A stretch of DNA of 48,865 nt from a virus (taxonomy: Duplodnaviria > Caudoviricetes), in the IMG/VR virus record IMGVR_UViG_3300048074_000018, positions 1-48,865 of that record; one strand, written 5' to 3'. Each line of letters opens with the position of its first letter. The stretch's first letter is position 1. The notes beneath the pieces were generated by a model, which worked only from the letters and a program-made list of their open reading frames with translations, did not search any database and was not told the origin of the DNA. Below, one piece after another: positions 7,127 through 16,014 of the stretch. The translations under genes and the position numbers were made by a program.

Positions 7127-7831
7127 TTGATTGCTCCTATCCTCAGAGAACTTATTGCAGCTGGGCTGTCCGGGGAAGCGCTTATTGAAGCCGTCGAGCG
7201 GATTGAATCCGCCATGGTCTGCGTTGATTCATCGGCTGATAGGAAACGCGCTTATGACCGTGAAAGAATGCGAGAGAAGCGCGAACAGGCGAAAAAGTCG
7301 TGCGATGTCGTACGACTCGTACGAGTCGTTGACGACGAAGCCCCCCCCCTAAAGGTTCCCCCCACACCCCCCTTAAATACACCCCCTTCCGAAACTAACG
7401 TTTCGAGCGCTGACGCGCGTCCGGTCTACACGGATTCGACGCACGAACTTTGGGGGGAGGGAACCGCGATCCTTGCCCAACTCGGGGTTCCAACGAAAAC
7501 GATCCGGCCGAACATCGGCCGCTGGCTGCGAGATTCCAAAAACGATCCGGTTTCGGTGCTCGGGGCGATCCAGCGCGCTCGGGACCATCGGGTAATCGAT
7601 CCAATTCCGTGGATTACCCGCGCCATTCAATCGAAAGGAATTGCCAGTGGACGACAAGGATCAGCCGAAAACAGCCTCTTTGCAGCCGGTCAAAGGCGCA
7701 TTGCAGAGCTTGATGAACTCATTGCCCGAGAGGACGAAGCGGCCAGACGATCCTCGGAAGGTGAGGACGGCTTACGCCTTGGCGACTCGGTTGTACGGCT
7801 GTTACCGGAAAGAGGAAGCGGCGTCGGCTGA
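7127..7831 (+). CDS. Probable replication initiator-like protein
   Basis: RKRAYDRERMREKR basic helix, Pro-rich linker PPLKVPPTPPLNTPP, C-terminal helical domain; position after methylases. Confidence 0.55.
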   Translation: MIAPILRELIAAGLSGEALIEAVERIESAMVCVDSSADRKRAYDRERMREKREQAKKSCDVVRLVRVVDDEAPPLKVPPTPPLNTPPSETNVSSADARPVYTDSTHELWGEGTAILAQLGVPTKTIRPNIGRWLRDSKNDPVSVLGAIQRARDHRVIDPIPWITRAIQSKGIASGRQGSAENSLFAAGQRRIAELDELIAREDEAARRSSEGEDGLRLGDSVVRLLPERGSGVG

Positions 7832-8288
7832 AACGATGCTTGACGCTGCTGCGATTGTGCTGGCGACCTATCCGGATGAAATCATGGAAACCGTCACGCA
7901 TCCCGTTAGAGGCCTGCCAGGCCGCATGAAATGGCCTCCGAACATTGCTGAAATACGGGAGGCCTGTGAAGAATTGATGGCCCCGATCCGTCGCGAGGCT
8001 GAGCGTCGGAGCCAAATCGAAAGACAGCGACGCTTAATCGAGGGAGATCGGGGGTCGCGCATTACAAACGAACAGCGCATGACGGCTGAGGAAATGGAGG
8101 CTCGATATGGGAAAGATTATGGGCTCGGCCACCGACTTCCGTTGCCGGACCAATGTATGAAGAACGGCCGGGCGGCGGTAGATAAATTCAAGGTTCCTAC
8201 TTGGGATGACATTATGGACGGCGGCGGATCAATAATTCCATGCAGTCGTCGCCTCCCGGCTGACACAGAGAACGGAGAGGCTGCATAA
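7647..8288 (+). CDS. Probable replication accessory (helicase loader-like) protein
   Basis: AAGGA RBS 7 nt before GTG 7647; GLPGRMKWPPNIAEIREAC motif; overlaps upstream gene. Confidence 0.55.
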   Translation: MDDKDQPKTASLQPVKGALQSLMNSLPERTKRPDDPRKVRTAYALATRLYGCYRKEEAASAETMLDAAAIVLATYPDEIMETVTHPVRGLPGRMKWPPNIAEIREACEELMAPIRREAERRSQIERQRRLIEGDRGSRITNEQRMTAEEMEARYGKDYGLGHRLPLPDQCMKNGRAAVDKFKVPTWDDIMDGGGSIIPCSRRLPADTENGEAA

Positions 8289-8807
8289 ATGGTGCTCTCG
8301 CAAAAGACGTTGCGCGCCTTGACAGAAACGGATGCGATGCCTCCCGATCTGCGCGCGTGTGTGCACGAGTACGGCTACCCTATTGTTTATGCGTGTTTGT
8401 CGAATGGCGTAAATAATCCGGCCAGTATCCGTCATCTGGTCTGCGAAATATGGAGAGGTGCGCGCAACACGGACCAGCTAAACAAAAAAAGCATCGGTCG
8501 GGCAACAATTACATTGGATTGGGTGCTCATTCAGGCTGGGGCCGAAATCAGTGCTGAGCGTCTGATTAGGGTTCTAGACGATCACAGCATGGTCATTGTC
8601 CCCAAAGAGCCCACGCCAGCCATGGTCGAGGCCAGCATGCGCGCCATTCAAGGCATGGGGTTGATGAATAAACCAAGGAAACATCTTTTGCGGCTGCGCG
8701 CGGCCATCAAGGCGGGGCGCACCAATTTTGGTCAAAAGAGAAAGCGGCATGATGGCTGTGACATTGAACCGAGCCGGGCGCAAACGGAAATCCCATGCCA
8801 TCCGTGA
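8289..8807 (+). CDS. Hypothetical protein
   Basis: GAGG RBS; VPKEPTPAMVEA motif. Confidence 0.65.
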   Translation: MVLSQKTLRALTETDAMPPDLRACVHEYGYPIVYACLSNGVNNPASIRHLVCEIWRGARNTDQLNKKSIGRATITLDWVLIQAGAEISAERLIRVLDDHSMVIVPKEPTPAMVEASMRAIQGMGLMNKPRKHLLRLRAAIKAGRTNFGQKRKRHDGCDIEPSRAQTEIPCHP

Positions 8808-9336
8808 TGCGAGAGGCATTGTGCGGGGCGAGCCTCCTGAGATTGTCCGGTCTGTCGTATGGGCGCAGCGCGCCAAAATAATGCCCATAGATTGGATTAG
8901 AGAGGATGAGGCCGGTTATGTGCTCGGCATCCTGCGGCTGCGCCATAAAGCGTGCCTAGACGATCCTAGCGGCATTACGGAAGCCCAGAAGCAGGCGGGG
9001 GGCCAATGGGCCGACATTGTACGCCGGCATGCCGTCATCATGGGGTACGAGCTGAAGCGCCAGCGGGCGGCCAGCTTTGAACGAGTCAGCCCGACAACGG
9101 GGAACCCATTCGAGGAGGACGCCGACAAGATCGCGCGCATCCGGGATCAATTCGGGTTGTGCTGGAATGCGCTGACAGAGACGTGCCGCACGCCAAGTAA
9201 GTTTGGCCGCCCCTATGGAATGAGGCTCATGGACGTGACCTATGCGGCCTGTGTGGACGATAGAATGCCGGAAACGGAAAGCGATTTTGGGTTTTTGAAG
9301 TTAGGGCTTAATTCACTAGCGCGGGCGCTGCGGTAA
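8749..9336 (+). CDS. Hypothetical protein, possible late-gene regulator
   Basis: Basic N-terminus AGRKRKS; last large ORF before the late region (positional inference only). Confidence 0.55.
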   Translation: MMAVTLNRAGRKRKSHAIRDARGIVRGEPPEIVRSVVWAQRAKIMPIDWIREDEAGYVLGILRLRHKACLDDPSGITEAQKQAGGQWADIVRRHAVIMGYELKRQRAASFERVSPTTGNPFEEDADKIARIRDQFGLCWNALTETCRTPSKFGRPYGMRLMDVTYAACVDDRMPETESDFGFLKLGLNSLARALR

Positions 9337-9542
9337 TGAGTATACTTCGTGTTAGCCTCTCATGGTTATTTTATTTAATCGGCCACCTATGGGGGGCGGC
9401 GACAAATAAAACCGTTCAGAATTGGTTTGAATGGCCATATTATGTTTATCAATGGTTTATGACTATCTCAGATAAACTACAGGGGGGCAACGCGCACGGG
9501 CCATGGGGGCCGGAAAAATGTGATTTTATAAAAAAGTTGTGA
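9336..9542 (+). CDS. Small AT-rich Trp/Tyr-rich hypothetical protein
   Basis: TAATG coupling; hydrophobic N-terminus. Confidence 0.55.
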   Translation: MSILRVSLSWLFYLIGHLWGAATNKTVQNWFEWPYYVYQWFMTISDKLQGGNAHGPWGPEKCDFIKKL

Positions 9543-9612
9543 CATAAAACATGGGAAAAGCTGTTATATTTCAATGCCTATTATATAGAGTTGTGACTTT
9601 TCCCAGGGGGGG

Positions 9613-9642
9613 TTGACATAAAGTACAAACTTAGGGTATCGG
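9613..9642 (+). promoter_or_regulatory. Candidate late promoter (-35 TTGACA)
   Basis: Perfect TTGACA at 9613-9618 in an AT-rich intergenic region; -10 is weak. Confidence 0.35.
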
Positions 9643-9710
9643 TTGTAGAAATTATATGCTGCGCTCTTTGTAAGTGGCCGCATCCCAATTATATCGGGTA
9701 CAATTATACT

Positions 9711-10045
9711 ACGGGCTCGGATCGGTGTGATTATCGAGAAACGGCAGCTGCATGTCGGTCTAATCAGCTGACTCTCTTATGCCGTAGAGAACGAGTCCGT
9801 TAAGCCCCGGCAGCGAAGGTTCGCGAGCCTAAGAGCGGGGTATACCAATCAGCCATCCTGTTCCCGTTCAGCCCCTCTGGTTATAGTTTCTCGCCAGGAA
9901 CGTGGGGTAGGGTGGCTGAACTAATTCGGTTCCTCAGTTTTCTACGTTGTGTTGAACGGGGCACGCCTTGCCCTTCGGCGTACAGCGTGGTCATCGTCGT
10001 TCTCCCGTTTCGATGGTTGGATAATGCGCTCAATACGGGAGAATG
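9711..10045 (+). ncRNA. Candidate structured RNA (multi-helix)
   Basis: Helices 9711-19/9792-9800, 9741-46/9780-85, 9805-09/9836-40, 9849-59/9909-19, 9998-10008/10035-45, several with G-U pairs on the + strand; no convincing ORF. Confidence 0.5.
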
Positions 10046-10062
10046 TAAAGCAGGAACTTAAA

Positions 10063-10099
10063 GAACATTACAAGAACATTTATCACGAATTGTTACAAT
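10063..10099 (+). promoter_or_regulatory. Alphaproteobacterial LexA (SOS) box with extended -10 promoter
   Basis: GAAC-attacaa-GAAC at 10063-10077; TG-T-TACAAT at 10091-10099. Confidence 0.55.
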
Positions 10100-10156
10100 G
10101 CAGGATAATCCATGCCGCCCCGCGAACCGGACCTTCTAGAGCAGGAGATAGTACAG

Positions 10157-10285
10157 ATGATGCTGGACGAATACGATATGAGCTCAGTGCCGGAGGTCAT
10201 GAATCTGGAATTTATTAGGCGCATCATAGCCGCCGTTCGCATTCATGAAGCGGACAGGCTGCGCAGGGAAGCAGGGGTAAAATAA
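10157..10285 (+). CDS. 42-aa hypothetical protein (MMLDEYDMSSVPEVMNLEFIRRIIAAVRIHEADRLRREAGVK)
   Basis: AGGAG RBS at 10143-47; lies downstream of SOS-box promoter. Confidence 0.5.
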   Translation: MMLDEYDMSSVPEVMNLEFIRRIIAAVRIHEADRLRREAGVK

Positions 10286-10310
10286 CATATTCAAATGTTT
10301 GAATGTACAA

Positions 10311-10571
10311 ATGGCTAATCCACGAGGACAACAGCGCGACAAGCCATTCCGGGATGCCCTGCGAATGGAAATATCGGAAGCAGGCGACGATAAGCGAAGA
10401 CTGCGCCGGATCGCACAGGCATTGCTAGACAAAGCGGCTGAAGGCGACGTGCCGGCCATTAAAGAGGTGGCCGATCGGCTTGATGGCAAGGTGCCGCAAG
10501 GTATCGGCGGCGATGAGGAAATAGGGCCGATCAAGATGGTGTTCGAGTGGGCGAAGTCCAGCGAATCGTAA
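10311..10571 (+). CDS. Probable terminase small subunit
   Basis: MANPRG...LLDKAAEGDVPAIKEVADRLDGKVPQ; overlaps start of terL. Confidence 0.7.
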   Translation: MANPRGQQRDKPFRDALRMEISEAGDDKRRLRRIAQALLDKAAEGDVPAIKEVADRLDGKVPQGIGGDEEIGPIKMVFEWAKSSES

Positions 10572-11854
10572 TTCCCTACGTCCCGCGCCCGCAGTTCACG
10601 TCATATCACGACCGCACAGAACGCTTTGCCAAGATTGTGGCGCACCGCCGCTTCGGTAAGACGGTCGGCTGCATCAATGACAAGATCAAGAAGGCACTAA
10701 GCAACGATCGGCAGCACCCGCCGCCCCGGTATGCCTATGTTGCGCCGACATACGCACAGGCCAAGGACGTGGCATGGTCTTACCTGAAGCACTATTCAGC
10801 GCCCATCCCAGGGCTACAGATTAGCGAATCCGAGCTGTGGGTGGAATACCCAACGGGGGCTAGAATACGGCTGTACGGGGCTGACAACTACGACCGCATG
10901 CGCGGCGTGTATTTCGACGGCGTGACGATTGACGAGCCGGCGCAGATTGACCCTAGGGCCTGGCCTACGGTTATCCGACCTACCTTAAGTGACTATAACG
11001 GCTGGGCTACTTTCATCGGCACGCCGGAGGGACGCAACTGGTTTTATTCGATTGACCGGACGGAACTAGATCAGCCTGATCCGGAATGGTTTCGGTTGGT
11101 CCTAAAGGCCAGCGAAACCGGCATACTGCCTGAGAGCGAGCTTGCCAGCGCGCGCAAGATGCTCACGCCGGAGCAATATGCGCAGGAATACGAATGCTCA
11201 TTTGAGGCTGCGATTACCGGGGCCTATTACGGCCGTCTGATGGTGCAAGCTGAGGCTGATAAGCGTATTTGTGGCGTTCCGTATGAGCCGACTGCGTTGG
11301 TGTGGACGGGATGGGACCTTGGTATTCGCGACGCTACTGCGATTTGGTTTGCGCAAGTGGTTGGTCGCGAGGTTCATATCATCGACTATTACGAGGCGTC
11401 CGGCGTTGATCTCGGCCACTACGTCCGGGAGATAAATGCGCGGGGTTATGCCTATGGCGGTCATATCGTCCCGCATGATGCGCAGGCGAAGGAGCTTGGC
11501 ACCGGCAAGTCGCGTCTGGAGGTGCTGGAAAGCCTCGGCCTCCGCAATATCACGGTTGCCACCATGCACCGCGTCGAAGATGGGATCAATGCGGCTCGGC
11601 TATTGCTGCCGAAGTGCTGGTTTGATCGGCGCAAATGTGTGCTCGGCATTGATGCACTGAAGATGTACCGCGCGGAATACGACGAAAAGCTGCAAACGTT
11701 AAAGCCGCGTCCCGTGCATGATTGGGCTTCGCATGGCGCGGATGCGTTTCGGTATCTTGCGATGATGCTGGACAGCTTGGCTGCGGTTAGCCCGCCGCAA
11801 ATGGAATATGACCCAGCGGCTTATGACGACCGCTCGAATGTGACAGGATATTAA
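10547..11854 (+). CDS. terL: Terminase large subunit
   Basis: Walker A HRRFGKT, Walker B VTIDE, FIGTP, nuclease GWDLG and SHGADAFRY. Confidence 0.95.
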   Translation: MGEVQRIVIPYVPRPQFTSYHDRTERFAKIVAHRRFGKTVGCINDKIKKALSNDRQHPPPRYAYVAPTYAQAKDVAWSYLKHYSAPIPGLQISESELWVEYPTGARIRLYGADNYDRMRGVYFDGVTIDEPAQIDPRAWPTVIRPTLSDYNGWATFIGTPEGRNWFYSIDRTELDQPDPEWFRLVLKASETGILPESELASARKMLTPEQYAQEYECSFEAAITGAYYGRLMVQAEADKRICGVPYEPTALVWTGWDLGIRDATAIWFAQVVGREVHIIDYYEASGVDLGHYVREINARGYAYGGHIVPHDAQAKELGTGKSRLEVLESLGLRNITVATMHRVEDGINAARLLLPKCWFDRRKCVLGIDALKMYRAEYDEKLQTLKPRPVHDWASHGADAFRYLAMMLDSLAAVSPPQMEYDPAAYDDRSNVTGY

Positions 11855-11978
11855 TGCTCGGAAACATGACTTCATGGCTTTTCGTATTGCGAGCGCATCC
11901 CGGCAGGAATGGCATGCGTTTGCGCGCGGCCATGCGCCACCACCGCAAGCGTGTGCCGTGGCAGTGGGCTAGGGTTTG

Positions 11979-14015
11979 ATGGCTATGATTGACACGTACT
12001 CCGCAGACATGATGAATGCGGAGTACGAGGACGGCTATTTGTTAGAGGACGATGCTGGCGAGACTGAACAGGAAGTGCGGCCGGAGGAGGTGCATCAAAA
12101 GCTGATGCGCTTTTCGCAGGCGATCAACATCGCTGAGGACCTGGACGACGACCTGCTGAACAAGATCGGCCAGCGTGTTAAGCGCGAGTATGAGATTGAC
12201 CTAGAATCCCGCAAGGAATGGCTAGCCAAGAATGCTGACGCTATGGACCTTGCCATGCAGGTGGCGAAGGAAAAAAACTATCCGTGGCCTAAAGCCTCGA
12301 ATGTCATTTATCCGCTTATGACCACGGCCGCCATTCAATTCGCGGCTCGGGCGTATCCTGCGATTATTGCGGATCGCGATGTGGTCAAGGGCGTCGTGGT
12401 CGGGGATGACTCCGGCCAGATCGAGGTCATGCAGGGGCCGAATGGCGAGCCCGTCCCGGCCACCAATCCAGACGGGTCTCCGGCATGGACGGTAGAGCCG
12501 GGCGTTAAGCAGAAGCGCGCTGACCGCATTGGCGATCACATGTCGTATCAGTTGCTGGACGAAATGGAGGACTGGGAGGAGGACACAGACAAGCTCCTGC
12601 ATGTCCTTCCGATTGCCGGGTGTGTGTTCCGCAAGTCCTACCACGACAGCGGCACAGGAACGAACGTGTCCTGCATGGTGATGGCGAAGAATATCGTCGT
12701 CAACTATTGGGCCAAGTCAATGGAGCGCGCGCCGCGCGTGACTGAGGAGCTTAAGCTATATCCGCTCGAAATCGAGGAGATGATCCGGTCAGGTGTGTTT
12801 CTGGATCATGACTTCGGCAAGCCGCCTGAAGCCATGGACGATGACGACGCCCCGCATGAATTTCTGGAACAGCACCGCTGGTGGGACCTGGACGGGGATG
12901 AATATCCTGAGCCGTATGTCGTTACGATCCACAAGGAGACAACGAAGGTCTGCCGCATTGTAGCGCGCTTTGATCCGGAGGGCGTGAAGCTCAACAAAAA
13001 GCAGGAAGTCACCAAGATTGATCCTGTGCATTACTATACCAAATACGATTTCATGCCGAATCCGGAAGGGGGCGTGTATGGTGTTGGCCTTGGGCAGTTG
13101 CTTAAGCCGATCAATGATGCAGTTAATACCTCACTGAATATGCTGATAGACGCCGGCCATTTGCAGAATGCAGGCGGCGGCTTTATCGGCAAGGGCCTGA
13201 GCTTGCACAGCGGTGCTGTCAAGTTCAGGCCTGGCGAATACAAGGTTGTGAACAGTGCCGGCGCGGCTGTTCGCGACGCGGTGGTGCCGCTGACATTTCC
13301 AGGGCCATCGCCTGTTTTGTTTGAACTATTGGGCACATTAGTTGAGGCCGGTAAGGACATTTCCGCGAGTAACAATATCCTGGCTGGGGATATTCAGTCC
13401 GCGCAGATGCAGCCGACCACCATGCTCGCATTGATCGAGCAGGGTCTTAAAGTCTTCGTAGCTATTTACAAGCGGGTGCATCGCTCGCTTAAGCAGGAAT
13501 ACTCCAAGCTTTACCGTTTGAATCGGCTCTATTTGCAGGACACGGCCGAGTACCGCGTTGGAGATGAGTGGAAGCAGATCACGCGCGAGGACTATGAGCG
13601 CGGGTCAGGCGTACAGCCTATCAGTGATCCGGCGATGGTGTCGGACATGCAGAAGCTGGCACGGGCACAGTTCCTGGCCGCGTATCAGAATGATCCGCTG
13701 TGCGATCCTATGGAAATCAGGAAGCGCATTTTCGAGTCGGCCAACTTGGCTGATGTTGAGAAGCTATTCGCTCAGCAGCCTCCCGGCCCGCCGCCTGAGC
13801 TTGTCTTGGCTGAAAAGGAATTGGCTATCAAGGCGCACCGCGATGAGGCGGCTGCGGTCAAGGACATGGCCTTGGCTATCAAGGCCATTGCCGAGGCTGA
13901 CGCGGCGGATGGCGACCAGAATATTCAATGGGCGCAGCAGCAGTTGGCGCTTCTAAAGCTACAGCTTGAAGCCTCGATTGCCAGCAAGCAACAGGCCGCA
14001 CCTGCGAATGCCTGA
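11979..14015 (+). CDS. Portal protein (podovirus type)
   Basis: ~680 aa after terL; YPWPKASNV..P, YG.GLGQLL, Q-rich helical C-terminus; exact start uncertain. Confidence 0.85.
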   Translation: MAMIDTYSADMMNAEYEDGYLLEDDAGETEQEVRPEEVHQKLMRFSQAINIAEDLDDDLLNKIGQRVKREYEIDLESRKEWLAKNADAMDLAMQVAKEKNYPWPKASNVIYPLMTTAAIQFAARAYPAIIADRDVVKGVVVGDDSGQIEVMQGPNGEPVPATNPDGSPAWTVEPGVKQKRADRIGDHMSYQLLDEMEDWEEDTDKLLHVLPIAGCVFRKSYHDSGTGTNVSCMVMAKNIVVNYWAKSMERAPRVTEELKLYPLEIEEMIRSGVFLDHDFGKPPEAMDDDDAPHEFLEQHRWWDLDGDEYPEPYVVTIHKETTKVCRIVARFDPEGVKLNKKQEVTKIDPVHYYTKYDFMPNPEGGVYGVGLGQLLKPINDAVNTSLNMLIDAGHLQNAGGGFIGKGLSLHSGAVKFRPGEYKVVNSAGAAVRDAVVPLTFPGPSPVLFELLGTLVEAGKDISASNNILAGDIQSAQMQPTTMLALIEQGLKVFVAIYKRVHRSLKQEYSKLYRLNRLYLQDTAEYRVGDEWKQITREDYERGSGVQPISDPAMVSDMQKLARAQFLAAYQNDPLCDPMEIRKRIFESANLADVEKLFAQQPPGPPPELVLAEKELAIKAHRDEAAAVKDMALAIKAIAEADAADGDQNIQWAQQQLALLKLQLEASIASKQQAAPANA

Positions 14016-14301
14016 CGAGCAAGAACTTCTAGGCATTACCGATCAAAACTTCCGAGAATGGAAGCACCACCCGGTCACTAAGGCTGTTCACCAGTATCTT
14101 AGAGACTTCAGGCGGGCCCTCCGGCGCGACCATACGGACCGCTGGGAAGCAGGGCGCATGGATTCAGATATTGAAAGTGAGGCCAGGGGGCGTTGCGTGG
14201 CGCTCCTAGAGATTGTTGGCCTTGAGTTCGCGCACCTAGAGAGATTTTACGAGGAAGATAATGCAGCCACGATTAATCAAGACCCTGATCGGCCAATATG
14301 A
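14008..14301 (+). CDS. Hypothetical head-region protein
   Basis: MPDEQELL...FREWKHHPVTK; overlaps portal stop. Confidence 0.7.
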   Translation: MPDEQELLGITDQNFREWKHHPVTKAVHQYLRDFRRALRRDHTDRWEAGRMDSDIESEARGRCVALLEIVGLEFAHLERFYEEDNAATINQDPDRPI

Positions 14302-14647
14302 GCCGGTGAAATTTGAAGGCAAGAACAAGTCAGGATGGGCGGCCATCGGGGACAGGGTGTTAGTCCTCCCCGATCAAGTGCCGACACAGACGGCCGGCGG
14401 CATTGAACTGCCGGAAGAAACCCGCGAGCGGCACACATTCGCTGCTGAGACAGGCGTACTGGTCGCCATCGGCCCCGATGCGTTCCTGTGGAACAGCGAT
14501 CGCACCCGCAAGTGGGAAGGCGAGAAGCCACAGATTGGCGACCGCGTGTATTTCGAGCGCTACTCTGGCGGATTGGTGCGCGGCGACGATGACCTTTTCT
14601 ATCGCTGCTGTGACGACAAGCAAATTGGTCTAGTTAAACAGGCATAA
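14261..14647 (+). CDS. groES: GroES/Cpn10-like co-chaperonin
   Basis: IGDRVLV...TAGGIELPE...GVLVAIGP...IGDRVYFERYSG. Confidence 0.85.
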   Translation: MQPRLIKTLIGQYEPVKFEGKNKSGWAAIGDRVLVLPDQVPTQTAGGIELPEETRERHTFAAETGVLVAIGPDAFLWNSDRTRKWEGEKPQIGDRVYFERYSGGLVRGDDDLFYRCCDDKQIGLVKQA

Positions 14648-15498
14648 TGATGAGTGAACAGGATATTCAGAATCAAGAATCTCAGGGCGAAGCAGAATAT
14701 TCACCGGATATTATTGCCCAAGCCAAGGTTATGGGATGGCGTCCCAAAGACGAATTTCGCGGTGATCCTGACAAGTTTGTACCCCCTGATAAATTTGTCC
14801 AAAAGGGCCTGACTGTTCTCCCTGTTTTGCAGGAGAACTATCGAAAATTGGGCGACAAGTTCGCCAAGGTTACTGATGAGCTTGGCGAGGTCAAGCAAGT
14901 CCTGACCGAGTTCCGTGAGTTCTCCAAATCGGCAGAACAGCGTGCTTATGAGCGTGCAAAGAAGGAATTGGAGACGCGACGCGACGAAGCGGTGCGCTCG
15001 GCCGATCCTGACACATTCAAGGCGTTAGATCAGGAACTGCGCGACCTTGAAAAGTCTGCGCCGCGCGAGCCTGAGAAGAAAGAAGAAAAAAAGCAGGCTG
15101 AACCGACCGTAAGCGAGGATGTATCGCGTTGGATCAAGGACAATCCTTGGTTTGAGGCCGATGCTGAGCTGAAAGAAATTGCCATTGTTCGCCATGGGCA
15201 GAATTTGCAGCGTGGCATGAGCGAGCGGGCCAGCCTTGAGAAGCTGACTGACGATATTAAGCGGCGATTTCCTGAAAAATTCGACGATGGGGACGATGAC
15301 GACGGCGATGATGAGCCGAGGCGGCGCAAGCCTGCGCCTGTAGCCTCTCCGTCCGGTGATCGGAAGCGCACGAAAGGCAAGACTTTTGATGATTTGCCGC
15401 CTGAAGCCAAGGCCGCATACCAAAAGTTCGCGAAAATGATGCCCGGTTATACAAAGACCGAATATTTAGCGAGTTATGATTGGAGTGAAGACCGATGA
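14647..15498 (+). CDS. Scaffolding protein
   Basis: Highly charged coiled-coil protein upstream of capsid genes. Confidence 0.7.
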   Translation: MMSEQDIQNQESQGEAEYSPDIIAQAKVMGWRPKDEFRGDPDKFVPPDKFVQKGLTVLPVLQENYRKLGDKFAKVTDELGEVKQVLTEFREFSKSAEQRAYERAKKELETRRDEAVRSADPDTFKALDQELRDLEKSAPREPEKKEEKKQAEPTVSEDVSRWIKDNPWFEADAELKEIAIVRHGQNLQRGMSERASLEKLTDDIKRRFPEKFDDGDDDDGDDEPRRRKPAPVASPSGDRKRTKGKTFDDLPPEAKAAYQKFAKMMPGYTKTEYLASYDWSEDR

Positions 15499-15953
15499 GC
15501 GACGTGGACACCCAACGGCGCGGCCCCGGTCGCCCCTCCAATGCAGAGATTGCCTCCCGCGAACAGACTGATGCACCGGCAAAGCGTGTGCGCAAGCCAT
15601 TCGGCGGGAGACGACAGAAATTAGCCTATGACCAGCGCCCCGGTTATCACCGGCATTGGTTCAATGACGCGCTAGACCGTCTCCGAGAGGCAAAAGAAGC
15701 CGGATACGAGCATGTCATTGGGCCTGACGGCAAGAACGTGTCCAGGATTGTGGGCAGTTCAACCAAGGGCGATGGCTTGATTGCGTATCTCATGGAGATA
15801 CCAATCGAATGGTATCAGGAAGATCAGGCCGCGAAAGCTGCAAGGGTTGACGAGGTAGAGCAATCCATGCGGCGCGGTACTGTTCAAGGCATTGCTACAC
15901 CCGGCGTTGACGGGATTTACGTGCCCAGTGAAGGCATTAAAATCTCTCGCTAA
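15495..15953 (+). CDS. Conserved-looking head-region hypothetical protein
   Basis: PGYHRHWFND...GYEHV...LMEIP; ATGA-coupled. Confidence 0.7.
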   Translation: MSDVDTQRRGPGRPSNAEIASREQTDAPAKRVRKPFGGRRQKLAYDQRPGYHRHWFNDALDRLREAKEAGYEHVIGPDGKNVSRIVGSSTKGDGLIAYLMEIPIEWYQEDQAAKAARVDEVEQSMRRGTVQGIATPGVDGIYVPSEGIKISR

Positions 15954-16014
15954 CGCATTCACCCTTATCTCAACAATCTAGTCGCGCGGCTCCGGCCCCG
16001 CGAGGAGGTTACTC

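Noticed and set aside
9543-10150. tRNA or tmRNA gene; also the 89-aa ORF 9949-10218
   Set aside because: No cloverleaf or T-loop (GTTCRA) plus acceptor arrangement found; the ORF lacks an RBS and runs across the structured and promoter sequence
11854-11975. Small ORF between terL and portal
   Set aside because: Coupled start but no RBS or recognisable features; cannot be supported
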